Source: Cystobasidiomycetes sp. EMM_F5 (Eukaryota). From it: a DNA stretch of 64,000 nt. Positions 25,132-37,332 of the stretch are shown here, one piece after another. Numbering within the stretch: the first letter of the stretch is position 1; every line of letters starts with the position of its first letter. The notes below the pieces were generated by a model. It was not told the DNA's origin and did not search any database. It saw only the letters and a program-made list of their open reading frames with translations. The stretch is taken from the NCBI GenBank assembly GCA_051047955.1, contig JBPGPT010000048.1, forward strand, positions 1 to 64,000, read 5' to 3'. The translations under genes were made by a program, and so were the position numbers.

Positions 25132-28100
25132 ATGGAAGACCTCACTTATCTTGTCATGACAGCAGCTGACTGCGCCGAATTCAACAAGACAAATCCACAT
25201 TCCATTGTTTCGCTCAATCAATTGCTTGATGAGCGGGCAACCTCGGTCGGAGATCAACTCTGCGTTGGCTTCTCTACTCGTCAAGAGGATGGAAGCTTCG
25301 CTTGCGAAACATTTAGTGCGTGCTCTGTGCGCACAGACCTCGTTTGTGTATTCCTGCGAGCTTGACACACTGACGACAGGGACCCCTTCTCAGCTTACTC
25401 GCAGCTACACAGATACGTCTCCAACACAGCGAATCGACTTCATGCTCACTCTTCGGTTCCCGTCCGGAGGTCCGTCAAAGAAGGTCCAATACGCATCGCC
25501 CTGTTGTCGCAGAGCAATGCCAGCTTTCTCATCCATCTTTGGGCATTGTTGAGACTCGGTCTCAGCGTGCTCCTCGTAGCGTGAGTCATCTGCTGCTTGC
25601 TAGCGCTATCACGGGTAACCGAAGACAATAGTCCTCAAAACACCGCCGAAGATATCGCTCATTTGTGCAGCAGCACTGGGGCCCGGCAACTTTTGTATCA
25701 TCCTCATATGGAGAAGCAGGCGGAGAGCGCAATCTTAGCAACTCCTGGCAATACTTTGCAGATTACGCCATTCTTTGAAGATTTCATGGCGGATTCTCCG
25801 TACCGTGAAGCAGCTTCAGTCCGATCCAGAGTCACCCCCGCTGAAGAAAGCGATTTGGAGTGCATCATCTTCCACTCGAGTGGATCATCTGGTCGTCCAA
25901 AGGTACGCGGTCTGTTTTAGCTGTTTCAAATGCGCTCATTCCGCCATTCCATAGCCGATCCCTCAAAAGCACAAGACGTGGACGAAGGCAGCATGCTGTC
26001 GGCCGCACAGCCCAGCCTATACGACAACACCTCTGTTTCATGGAGGAATTTCGGATTTTTTCCGAAGCATCATGAGCAAGAGCGTCCTCTACTTCTACCC
26101 ATCCGATCTACCCATCACCGCCGACAATCTTTTAAAGGCATTCGAAGTGTGTCCCTTGACACCGACGAGCTTTCTCTCTGTCCCATATATACTGGGTATG
26201 CTGGCGGAAAGAGAGGATGGTTTGGCGAAACTAGCAAGTTTTGAATTGGTCAGTACTGGCGGATCTCCTTTGGCATCTGATGTTGGCAACCGTCTATGTA
26301 AAGCGGGAGTCAAGCTTGTCAGTCGGTACGGGTCGAGTGAATGTGGATGTGCGTCGAGGGAATTGGCTGTCTTCACCGGAATGGGACTTAAGTGTTATTC
26401 TTGCAGTTCTCATGACGTCGTATCGAGATTTTGCTTCGGACGCACACTGGGATTATCTGCGTCCATCGGCTGGAAATGGGCGACTTATCTTCGAAGAACA
26501 GGAGCCCGATTTGTATGAGCTGGTGGTACCGGCTGACTGGCCAACGAAGGTAGCGGATCATTTTTCTTGCCGTGGGTTGACATGCTAACACGATTTGCAG
26601 TCCAAGTCAAACCGATTAGATGGATGCTTTGCAACAAGCGACATCTTTCGCAATCATCCCCATATAGCCAACGCTTGGCTCCTGATCGGTCGTAACGATG
26701 ATGTGCTATTGCTGGTCCGCCGTTTCTTATTTTGTACAGCCGCGTCTGTAGCTGATTACAGGGTTAAATGACAGGCAAATGGTGAAAAGGCTAGTCCAAG
26801 TGTGCTCGAGACCGCTCTGTGCAGTGCTCCCGCCATCAGTGATGCGCTGGTTTTCGGCAGCAACAGATCAGCTTTAGGGGTAGCTGTGATTCCGTCGTCA
26901 GCAGCTACTCGCATGCAGGATATTCTCGAAGAGGTTGCCCAAGCTAATACAACCGTACCATCCCACGCTCGTATATCGCCAGAGCTTGTGCTTCTGCTTC
27001 CACCGAACGCTACGTTCCCCAAGTCTAGCAAAGGGAGTCTGCAGCGAGGGCGCGCCTACCAGGCATATGCAAAACATATCGAAGAAATTTATGCGAGGTT
27101 CGAAGAAAGTGGCAATGCCGAGCCGGCACCAAACGGAGATAGAACACTACGTACGCGGGCAGAAATCACAGACTTTATAACAAAGACTGTACAGCGAATG
27201 CTTGGCAGTTCCTCCATCCTACCTGGATCCGATCTGTTCAACGAAGGCCTTAACTCCCTTCAAGCTGTCAGGCTTCGTAATATGCTGCAAAAGGTAGTGA
27301 TCAGTTGCGGAGATTACGTTCGCTGAGATCTTGCCGCAGAATGCACACTTTCCCGCAGGCGCTAAGTTGCCAGCCAACGTCGTTTACGAGTGTGGATCAG
27401 CAACGGGGTGAATAAAGGCGTTATTGCACACTCGTCTAGGCTGAGGGCTGCGTCCAGACTGGCGGCTTATATCTCATCTCTTAGCGAAGGGGATTTAAGG
27501 AGTCAGGACGACCGAGAATTGCGCCTCATGGCGCAACTTGCTGTGCGAGGTGACCTGCTGGAATTCCATCCCGTTCAGGCTGCTCGCGACATTAACGGAA
27601 GCTGTGACCATCAGCAAAACATCGTAAGCAGCATGCCAAGAAGTATAAAACACCACTGAAGTATCTGAATCTAGGTCATCACTGGAGCAACAGGCTCATT
27701 GGGCATTCACCTGCTCGAAACCTTTTTGTGGCGCTACCCGGAGTCCACAATAGTCTGCCTATGCAGAGGAGAAGACGACGCACAGGCTCTATCGAGGGTG
27801 CTGGACTGCGCGTACAGGCACAAAGTCCACTTATCATCAGATCAGTTGCAGAGGTTGACTTGTCATGTCGCGCATTTTGACAAAACTTTATTGGATTTGA
27901 ACGAATCCACTTATCTGGATCTCGCTCGCAAAGTGACTTTGATTGTACATGCTGCCTGGCCAGTACATTTCGGCGCTGGTCTTGCGTCCTTCGAGCCACA
28001 TCTCAAAGGTAAGCACATTTATCTTAGCTTATTTCTTTCATTGCTCAAAGCGGTCAAGCAGGCCTCACAAACCTGATCAGACTGGCAAACCACCCGCAAG

Positions 28101-28952
28101 GCCGTCAAGCTGCGTTCTACTTCTGTTCTTCGACGGCCGCCACATTGCGAAACAAAAGTCTGACGAAGCCGGAGGCGATCTCCACGGACGAACGCGATGC
28201 TGTGTCGATGGGGTATGGGCGATCTAAGCATGTCGCAGAAACATTGTGTCACACTGCGTGGCACTGCGGAATGCAAGGTCGTATTGGAATTTTACGTCTA
28301 GGGCAGTTGAGCGGCGATAGCAAGAATGGGGTGTGGAAGGCGGAAGAAGGTTGGCCCTTGTTAATTGCCAGCTCAGGTCTCGTAGGATGTTTGCCGGATC
28401 TAGCCGAAGTACGCGTCTGGCCGTGACTGATATCGCCGGCCAAGCTGACACGCTTGCGCACAGACCCTCTCTTGGCTGCCGATAGACCTAGCAGCAACAG
28501 CGATCGCCGATATCATACCGAGGAAGTCGTCAGACAACGAAATTCCTGTCTATCACGTCGTATCACGCGACGTTAGCAAATCGTGGCGAGACATCCTGCC
28601 AGTCATGCGCGAGTCTGGCCTCAGATTCGATACTGTCCCCACGCAAACGTGGTTGGCTAAACTTGTAGAAAAGCGGGAAAGTGGGGTGCGACATGATAGC
28701 TTGAAGATGCTGGATGTTTGGCTTGCCAATGTAAGTCTGGCTCTGGCGGATGCGGTCCCGTAATGCTGATCGGCGAAAATTCAGTATGGTACCGCCGCGA
28801 AGAGCGAGCATCCAATCGCGTTTGCGACCGAAAGGGCATCGTCGTGTACGTCAGCTCTTGACTTTCGAATAACAGAGCAATATATCAGCCAGATGATCAG
28901 TTACTGGGCGACAATAGGCTTGATATCTACCAGTCCTGCACGTATGAATTGA
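25132..28952 (+). CDS. NRPS-like carboxylic acid reductase (adenylation-thiolation-reductase)
   Basis: A domain: IFHSSGSSGRPK, SRYGSSECG, GRNDD, FPKSSKG. T domain: DLFNEGLNSLQA. R domain: ITGATGSLG, HAAWPVHF, GYGRSKHVAE, RLGQLSGD. More than 10 introns. Confidence 0.9.
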
Positions 28953-28963
28953 TCTATGTACGA

Positions 28964-30184
28964 CTATGGACAATTCAAGTTATAAGGGGCGCAGGCGCCC
29001 TTACCGCCTTCGTCAAGAGCGTCCAGCTCAGCCATGTCCTTATTATCGAGTTTGAAGCCATAAACATCGATGTTGCTTTTGATTCGCGATGGCGTGTCTG
29101 ACTTCGGCAACGGAATATATCTGAAACAGCCGGAGAAAGCGATGTGTCCGTCAGTCGCGAGTCTAGCAATAATTGCAAGTATCTAAGCACCCTTTCTGCA
29201 GAGACCAGCGGATTAGAATCTGAGTGGGCTCCTTGTTGTGCTTGGAAGCTAGCTTTTGCAAGACTGGATGGTCATTCTTAGAGGCTCTGACGATAGGACA
29301 GTAGGCTTGCAAAGGGATTCCAATCTCTTCGCAGTATTTGACATGCTCGCGAGACTGGCACCATGGGTGGAGCTGCGTGTGATCCTTCAGCCCAACGCAC
29401 TTTCTGTTGCTTGGTTGTTCGAATGTCTTACCTCGATCTGATTGACGGCAATTTTGGCTTTCGCATACGATTTCAGTTCTTCCAGGTGTTTTTGACCACT
29501 TGTTTCTCATATCAGCAAAGATTCAGTTGATTGCATACCAACATACTAATTGCTAACGCCAATGGCTCGCGTTTTCTTGTTGTCAAGAACTGGCGTATTG
29601 CAAAGCATGGTGTAGTACTCAGTTTGGCTGTGGTAAGAAGATTATGTATAGACCTCACGGCGTTCTAAGGCCTGCCACATCACTTTACGTCCTTCTGGGC
29701 CAGACGTCGGGGTATGAATCAAGAAGAGGTCAACATAGTCTGTTTATGAAGATAGCAGTACGGTCAGTATCGGGTTAGCAAAACATGCACTTCGACCAGG
29801 AATACAGAACAAGCCTTACCGATTCCAAACTTGTCTGTCGCTTTGAGCACGGCTTGGTATGTCTCTTCGGGGTCTTTGCCTTCCGGCGGTGCGATAATCT
29901 TTGTTGTTACAAAAAGGTCTTTGCGATCCACGCCAGACTTGCGGATCGCTTCCCCGACTTCACGTCTGTTCAGCCGTGTCAGCTTCCGGCACCAGTACTA
30001 TCACTTGATATGCGCACTCGTTTGCATAGTACATGGCGCTGTCAATGAGCGTGTAGCCGTCCTTGATGGCTTCCAGACATGACGCAACGCACGTCTCGGG
30101 CGGGGATTTGTAGACGCCAAAGCCAATGCGTGGCATATGCACGCCAGGCGCGACTTCTATGGTATCTTTGGCAGAGTCTGACAT
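28964..30184 (-). CDS. Aldo-keto reductase
   Basis: Motifs MPRIGFGVY, IDSAMYYANE, FVTTK, YVDLFLIHTP, NQIE|LHPWCQ, QILIRWSLQKG|YIPLPKS. Ends ...PYNLNCP*. Confidence 0.92.
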
Positions 30185-30390
30185 TATTTACAGATGGTAG
30201 GCAGTTGGTGGGCTACATGGCAAACTCGAAAAAGCCACCCGGGCACAGTCCGTCAGTGCAATCCAGGCACAACTTCTGGCAACCCTGTTGGCAGCAGGAC
30301 TACACCTGCATTTGTCATTGAGCTTTTGCACAGTCCCTCGCACTCCATGACTTATATACTCCAATGCGCACAATATTCCGTTTACCGTTC

Positions 30391-31529
30391 CTACAACTTG
30401 CTACTCCGGGCAACTGTGGCAGATGCCTTTGGTCTTCTAGCAGCCTCTGCGCCCACTCTGCAGGGGTAGGGAAGATGTTCAGAAGACTTCAGTGAGAATA
30501 GACTCTGTTACGATGGAATGGTCACCCACAAGAATCCGCTGGTCTCCATGCGGAAGACGCCCTTGTCATCAGGAATGAGCCAGGCTGTAAAGTTGGTCTT
30601 CTCGTCTGGATCAGAGACAGCGCCTATAAATGCGGCTACAACGTCTTCGATCTGCGCCCAACCTTGTTTCGGATTCGGGTGCACAAAGTCTTTTGTAATA
30701 ATTCCAGTTTCTGTGAATTTGGTCGAAATGAGCAGCTGGATACAGCAACAGCAGTTTTTCGCTGACGCACTAACAAAGTACGGACATATCGTCACGCATC
30801 TGACGTCTATGCTCCTGCATGTCTCGATTAGTCCCTTCATAATGCCAAGAATGCCTCTGTCGAAGACCTGTCATAAGCACGAGCTTCGCATGGTACGACT
30901 CGCTCACTCACGCTTTCGCGGCACCATACTCAACAGCAAAGTTTGCACCGTAGAAGGACGACATTGACCCAGTGAAAGCGATAGAGCGCAATCCAGGCTG
31001 TTCGCGCTTGTCGTTGTAAAAATACCACAGGGCGATGCGAGTCGTGTACAATACGCCAATGAGGTCAATGTTGAGAGTCCGCATGTCTGGCTTGGTCGGC
31101 CTGTCCTGCGGGGTACCCTCTTCCATCCGTTGATCAAAACGTCCAAGCTCGGTCACTCCGGCGTTGGGCAGTACGATATCAATAGAGCCAAACTTGTCAA
31201 TGCCCAGTTTGAACAGAGACAGCTGAGACTCCCAAGAGGTAACGTCGCATCTTCCAGTGACCGCTTGGCTGCAATCAAAAGTGGGTCAGCTGTCGCTCCA
31301 AGCAGCCCGGCTCGAGCTACCCGGCCCACCCTTTCTCTTTCTGCACCATCTTGACCGTTGTCTGCAGCCCTGCATCGTCGACATCGCCCAGCACCAGCTT
31401 TGCGCCGTGCTTCGCAAATTGAACAGCGCATGCTCGCCCAAAGCCTGATGATGCCCCGGTAATGAGGACGACACGACCCTTCAAACGGTCAGCATTGGCG
31501 TAGCATTGAGCGGTAGTTAGGGCGGGCAT
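30391..31529 (-). CDS. Short-chain dehydrogenase/reductase with C-terminal SKL (PTS1)
   Basis: Motifs ITGASSGFG, CDVT, NAG, YGAAK. Removing the last intron (30458-30529) adds VGAEAARRPKASATVARSSKL*. Confidence 0.88.
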
Positions 31530-31930
31530 GGTGATGGGAAGGAGGGTTTCAAGACTGCAGTCAGCGTGACCCAAGCAGCAATGGCTTGAAACAAAATATT
31601 GCAAAGTCCGGCAACGCAAGACCACCGGCTATTCGGCAAAGGCAATGAGCAGGTCAACGTATTGCGGAACACAAGCTGCTATTATCCAGTATACGACCAG
31701 CAAATACAACAATACTATCCTGTAGAGCTCCAAATCAGCCTAGCAGGCTTCTGAGTAAGTCATCAAGAACGCTAAAGAAGAAATCTGCGAAAGAAGGGAG
31801 GCAGCCCCGCAATCGATGGCGAGATACAAGTGACAGTCGTCTCCTAGTCAGGACACGTTGTATGTTATTTTGGTGCGCTTGCGCGCGCTTGGTGTAGGTT
31901 TGAGGAGAGCGAGATCTAGCATGTGTATGT

Positions 31931-33593
31931 CTAGATGTACTCTACCGTAGCAGACGCTGATCCGAGGCGCATACCAGTCGCCGAATGCACATACGCACTG
32001 GTGGGAGCCATCCGAGCATGCGGAGGGCGCATAGGCTGAAGTTCTGCAAGGCCGTGGGCAAACTGGCATCGCCAGCCATAGCGGCATGTGGCCGTCTCCG
32101 TCCAAGAGCGGCACAATTCAGTCTTGTACAAGTCACTTTTCTTGTTGTGTGGTGCTGGACCGGCCACAACTGCAGTGCCAGTGACCAATTCTCGGCGCAA
32201 GAGGTGACTGGGTATCTCCTCGATGAGGGTTCTCGAGTGCATGTCAGGCACTCCTACACGCGAGAGGCCATCAAGTGAATTGGACAAGTGATGGCTGCAT
32301 GTCGTGCCATGTATGTGTGCAAGGTCCGAAGGTCTCGAGTACATTTCACCATGAGATTGTGTGCGATGAAGCGTTCGATGCTGAGCGAAGCGGGGAGGTA
32401 AAGCTTGATTGCGAAAAGTCATGTTGACAGATTGGGAGATGGTTGAGGAGCACTGGCAGTGGCAATGATCTTGCATGGCAGCGGACTGATATCCACCTTC
32501 AAAGGTATAAGTTGGCGATGCTATCATAGAGCAGCTTTTGGAAATTTGGGATGGGGCGATTCGCTGCGGAACATACACAGGCGAGCAGCAAGAACATGCA
32601 GAACTCATTGCCGGTCGATTTTGTGCGAAGGGAGCTGATTGATGATGAAGCATTTGATGCGAAGATACTTGCGCTGTTGGAGTCCTGGTATTACTCGGGA
32701 AGGGGCCCTCGTAGAGCACTTGGGCGAGGTGCGTCTGACCAGACATTGTGATCTCGGCATCGCAAGGTCCACCGTCATTACCCTGATGCTTTGTTTGGAA
32801 GTTGCGGAACTGGATGGGACCTTCGATAGCAATGTTGTCTGCAGCTATGCAAGGATCATACTCGTCGATGAAAGACGCAGTGCTCGGTAGCGATGAGGGA
32901 AAGGAGCGCGTTGAGTAGAAGCCAGACTCGGCGGACACTTCCGAAGCCATCGAGTCCGTGCGTGGTCGGATGGACAACTCAGGCGTGCTCCCCGAATAAG
33001 ATGAACCTGAATCAGAAGTACACGTCCACAGTAAGCTCGAGAACAGTGATGTGTTCAATGGCTGTGAAGTACGTACCATTCCATACAACCTCGGCAGGAG
33101 TCTCGAATTGCTCGTTGATGCCCCATCGTTGGACTTTTGCTTGGAGTGATAACGCTTCGGCAGGTGGTACGAAGCGGGAAGGAGACGATGGATGCTGTTC
33201 CGGTGCTTGTTCGACAGGGTTTTTGGACGCTTGCCTGATACGAGCTAAACGAGAGCCGAGAACCACTCTTGACTTATCTGCACGAGGGATGAGAGCGTTT
33301 TCGGGGGACTGCGTAGCAGTATCCGAGGGAGAAGAAGGAATTGAATCGCCGCTGAAGCTGGACTCTGTCGAAGTCAACCAAGGCTGACTGTTTTGTCTAT
33401 CGAAAGATGCAGTGTAGGCAGGGAAATACGATATATCATCTTGCCGGCCTTGTTCAGATACATGCATGGGAGGTTCACGCCTCGGGTCACTTGAAGCTGG
33501 CATGCCGCTTTGATGCGGACCGTGCGTGACAGCGCCGGGTGCTGGAGATGCGTTGGCAAAGTACATCGCGTACGATGGAATGGGCTCAGACAT
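31931..33593 (-). CDS. CCCH zinc-finger RNA-binding protein (TIS11/Zfs1-like finger)
   Basis: LYKTELCRSWTETATCRYGWRCQFAHG after a long S/P-rich region. One coding intron near 33008-33075 and apparent 5'UTR introns with donors near 33686 and 33806. Start and 3' end are approximate. Confidence 0.75.
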
Positions 33594-35092
33594 GATGTTT
33601 GCCGGAGTGATATGGCTGTATGATAAAACCATCGTCGTCAATGTTCGGACATTTGCGTAGGTGATATTGCTGTAAGACTGCCTCACCTCGTTGTATGACT
33701 ATCTCGGTCAATGATTATCGCACTTTGACAGTGTGGACAACAAGGAGACTGCCTTGTGACGGTCAGACATTTCGAAAACAAACGGGCGGTAGGACAGCGG
33801 ACTCACCGTAATTGCCGGAAGTGGCAGAACAGACGACAGAAAGAATGCTGCTTCCGGCCAGATTGGATACACAAATCGAACTGATACGAAGGGTTACTGG
33901 CACTTCGACTGACGGATGTTGGACGAAGTTTTGTGGGATTTCTCGCCCAGAGTGGGGTAGCAGTGAAGACGTGTTCGTTGGAAGCCACGGGAAGGCAGAG
34001 ACACGGACGGAGGAGGAAAGTTTCACAGCACCGGTGCAGTGAGGATGGGGTTTCGTTCTCGAGACTTGCGGGATAACGACTGTCACGCTACAGAGGTGGT
34101 TAAACGGGGATAATTCAACAGTGGATGTTGGGATAATGTTATCGGCGTTGACGTTTGTGGTGACGTGCTATGGAACGGAGGGTAAACTTGGTGTACGGAG
34201 TTGACGACTGACGAGACGAGAGGAGAGAACGGAAGCGGAGCTGAATTGCGGACACTGAAGATTAATTTCTGTCGACACTCGTCAGGTCAACTGACTAACT
34301 GAGCCGTTGACGAAGAAGGCCTGTGTGATGCCATGCGTGTATCCTCCAAGACATTACTGTACCCACGCAGCCAATACCGTGACTTTGCCTGAAGCTTGCG
34401 CTCTTCGCCGCCATCGGTTGCCATGGCTGCTCACCATCGATGGTGAGCATTATGCATTTTACCTCTCAACGTACTCCGGATCTTCTAGCAACGACTCCGA
34501 AATGTGCGCATTCATCATCAGACTACCTGCCAAATGTGCCGCCGTTTGACTCTGATTCATTCCAGTCAATTTCCGAGAGCTTAGAGCTGGCTGGGGGTGG
34601 CAGCCGTAACTGCGCTAGACTCACGACACACCCGCAGGCCCTCGGGAGTTTCAGAAGTCTTACGTAAAATGTCGAATTTGCCAGACGATCAAGCCCCACT
34701 TTGGACACCAACGACCGTCAAGAACTCGCGCGGGAGAATTGTGCGTGGGCCTGCAGATTCAAAGAGACATAGAGATGCGTCCAACCAATTCCCATGCCGT
34801 TGCAAGCTGGCCAGAGAATTTCGGTGAATTTTGTCAGACTGACTTGCCAGTGGAGGTCTAAAAGTGACACGCTCCGATTCGGAGAGCGTGAGAAACGATA
34901 ATGAAGCTTGCAGGTCAGGTCCATCCAGTCGATGCACTATGTACTTGATACTGTACAATAGGTGCATTGCGCTTTTCTTGCACTTTGCTGCTGTTTTCCG
35001 CTGGCCATAGCTGCCACAGCATAGAGTGCACGATGGTGGCGGTGACCCACAGTATGGGCGGGCGTTCAACGTTGCCTTGTGCCTCCGGACCG

Positions 35093-36944
35093 TTAAGACA
35101 TGCTCGTGTCAGCAGCAGACATTGCTGACCAGGTCGAGTTTGGGTTGTAATGCCTTGGCTCGGCTGCAGGATTGCTCATCAACGTCTGCCAGTGCTTGAG
35201 AGCGGCCACCGCGTCAAGCCAGGACGCGTAGAGCGGAGAAGGCGACGAGGCAGTCGACACTTTGCCTTGATCATACGTAGAGAATGTGCATCCTAGACTC
35301 GCGCATTTGCTATCATTGCTCCTTCCGTCGTCAGTGCTAACGGGCACCCTGCTGCTGGACTCAGTCACGGATCTCGAGCCCTCCGTGCCCCACCAGCCGT
35401 TTCGGGATGGTGAGACGGGCTTGGTCCGGTGATGTGTGTGCTCGATCAGAGCATCCTCTGTCGGTTGTATGTAGAAGTGAGCGTGTCCGAACGCGTTTAT
35501 AACGTCGCGTAGTTGCTCGTAGACAAAATCGTCTGAAGGTCGGCATGCAGCTTCAGTCTGGCGAGATGAGCAGCGAGACAAATCAGCAGTGCTCTTCCGT
35601 CATCCGCGAAGAAAGTTCTGTACGACACTCTGTCTACGGCGTTGTCGGAAATAATGACGGAGAGGAATGACCTTACAGCTGGATGCTCTACATTGTAGGA
35701 AATCATCTGCCAAAAAGTGCGCCAGCTAGAGCATCATCATGATCAGCTTAATGGTCCGCATGTATCTGGCCACAACTCACTTCCATCCAGCGTTCTGTGC
35801 TACCACCGTTTGTACGGCGTTCTCCCATTCTCGCTGTTTTGCCTGCGCAGAAGTCAAATCCGCCCGTCGAGTATAGATGATTTCCTTTACATCCACCATG
35901 GCAGCCTCGGTACGTCCGACTTCTCTCGCCATCGATCTATACATTGACCTGATATTTACGCTGTTGCACCAGTTTCGGTTGATGGAAATAACATATGGCG
36001 AAATGTTTTCGACTTGATGATGCCAGTCTGAGGGACTGACCACGTAAAGGATGAACGAGGTCCATCAACACTTGTGTGGTCCATCTCGACTTTCGCAACT
36101 TCAACTTACACGAAAATTACGCTGCCTTCCTCCTGCTCGACTGTGACTACGCGCACGCGACTGGCAAAGTCAGGGAACCGAATGTGATTGACTTGTCGAG
36201 GCCGGATGTCTTTCACTAGTTCACATCCTTCGTCCTTGGGATCTGTCCGACACCATTTCACTTCGGACGGCCTGATAAAATGCCATCGTTTTCTCCCGAG
36301 TACGTTTGCAGACCACGAGTAGGAAGTGTCTGAAGAAGGGAATACCTGTCATTTGTCTACAGGTAGTCGAGGTCGTAACGGTTTGGCTTACACACATCGC
36401 GATGCAGCGGAGTTGATGTGCCAGCTGCTCCGAAATACACGAAGGAAAAGTCGTCGGCCATTTTGGCATGGTAATAGTTGTGCATCCAGTCGTCCTGAGC
36501 CCACACAGGTACATCGAAGAAGGCTCTTGGCTTATCGCCGCCGGTTCCGGTCGCGGAATTTTGGACTTCGCGAGGTAGGTGCCAATCCTTGATGTAGAGG
36601 TGCCGGCCCTCTCCAGATTTCCACAAGTCGACGACACTACTGAATGTCAGCTCAGTAGGCTCCTTCAGCGAGTCGCAGCTGTCATCGGTGGTAACGCAAC
36701 AGTCTTTCACGGTAACAAGCGAGTGACCGTAGTTTTCGACAAGAAAGTCCCACGCGGGCTCTGATTGCTGTTCAGATCCAGTCTTGGCCGTTCTCCTAAT
36801 CCATTCGTGGCTGGCTGGCCATTTCGCAGTCTCGCTTCGCACGATAAAGGGCAGGTTTGGCTTTAGGAACCGTTCGAGGACCTCGTTGTAGGTGATTCCC
36901 GCTTCGAGTATCGGGACGTCCGTAACCCGCGTGTCGTCGTGCAT
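35093..36944 (-). CDS. JmjC-domain 2OG/Fe(II) oxygenase, JMJD4-like
   Basis: Motifs FLKPNLP, YIKDWHL, DDWMHNYY, DDFSFVYFGAAGTSTPLHRDV, PSDWHHQVEN, ISINRNWCN. 3' end is less certain. Confidence 0.85.
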
Positions 36945-37332
36945 TGTCTGCGTAGTACCATTAGCTCGTTGTCGATCCAGACCTGTCAGCCCATTTGGAT
37001 CGCCAGACTGAATTGCCGTTGACCGTTTGCAATTCTGAGACCCAAACAACCGCCTTACGCGCAGTCTGAGTGAGGTTGCAAGTCGGAATGTTGCAGCAGT
37101 TTGGTGTTACACGGACAGCGAGTGCAGCACATTGCCAGCTTCTGACATTACTGACGCTCTGGACTGGTGTGGGTTCGCCTAATCCACAGCTGCAGCTCGA
37201 AACATCCTCGGCAAGAAAGAGCAGCAAGTCACGAACAACTACAGACCGCTTTCAAGCTGGCATTGAGTGAGTAATAATGAGACTGACTGCTAATTGTACA
37301 ACAGATTTATCGCTCTACAGCCAACTCGCAGA

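Noticed and set aside
33700..35090. Gene or mobile element in the long gap between the CCCH and JmjC genes
   Set aside because: Only short motif-less ORFs and no terminal repeats. Best explained as 5'UTR and promoter of the CCCH gene.
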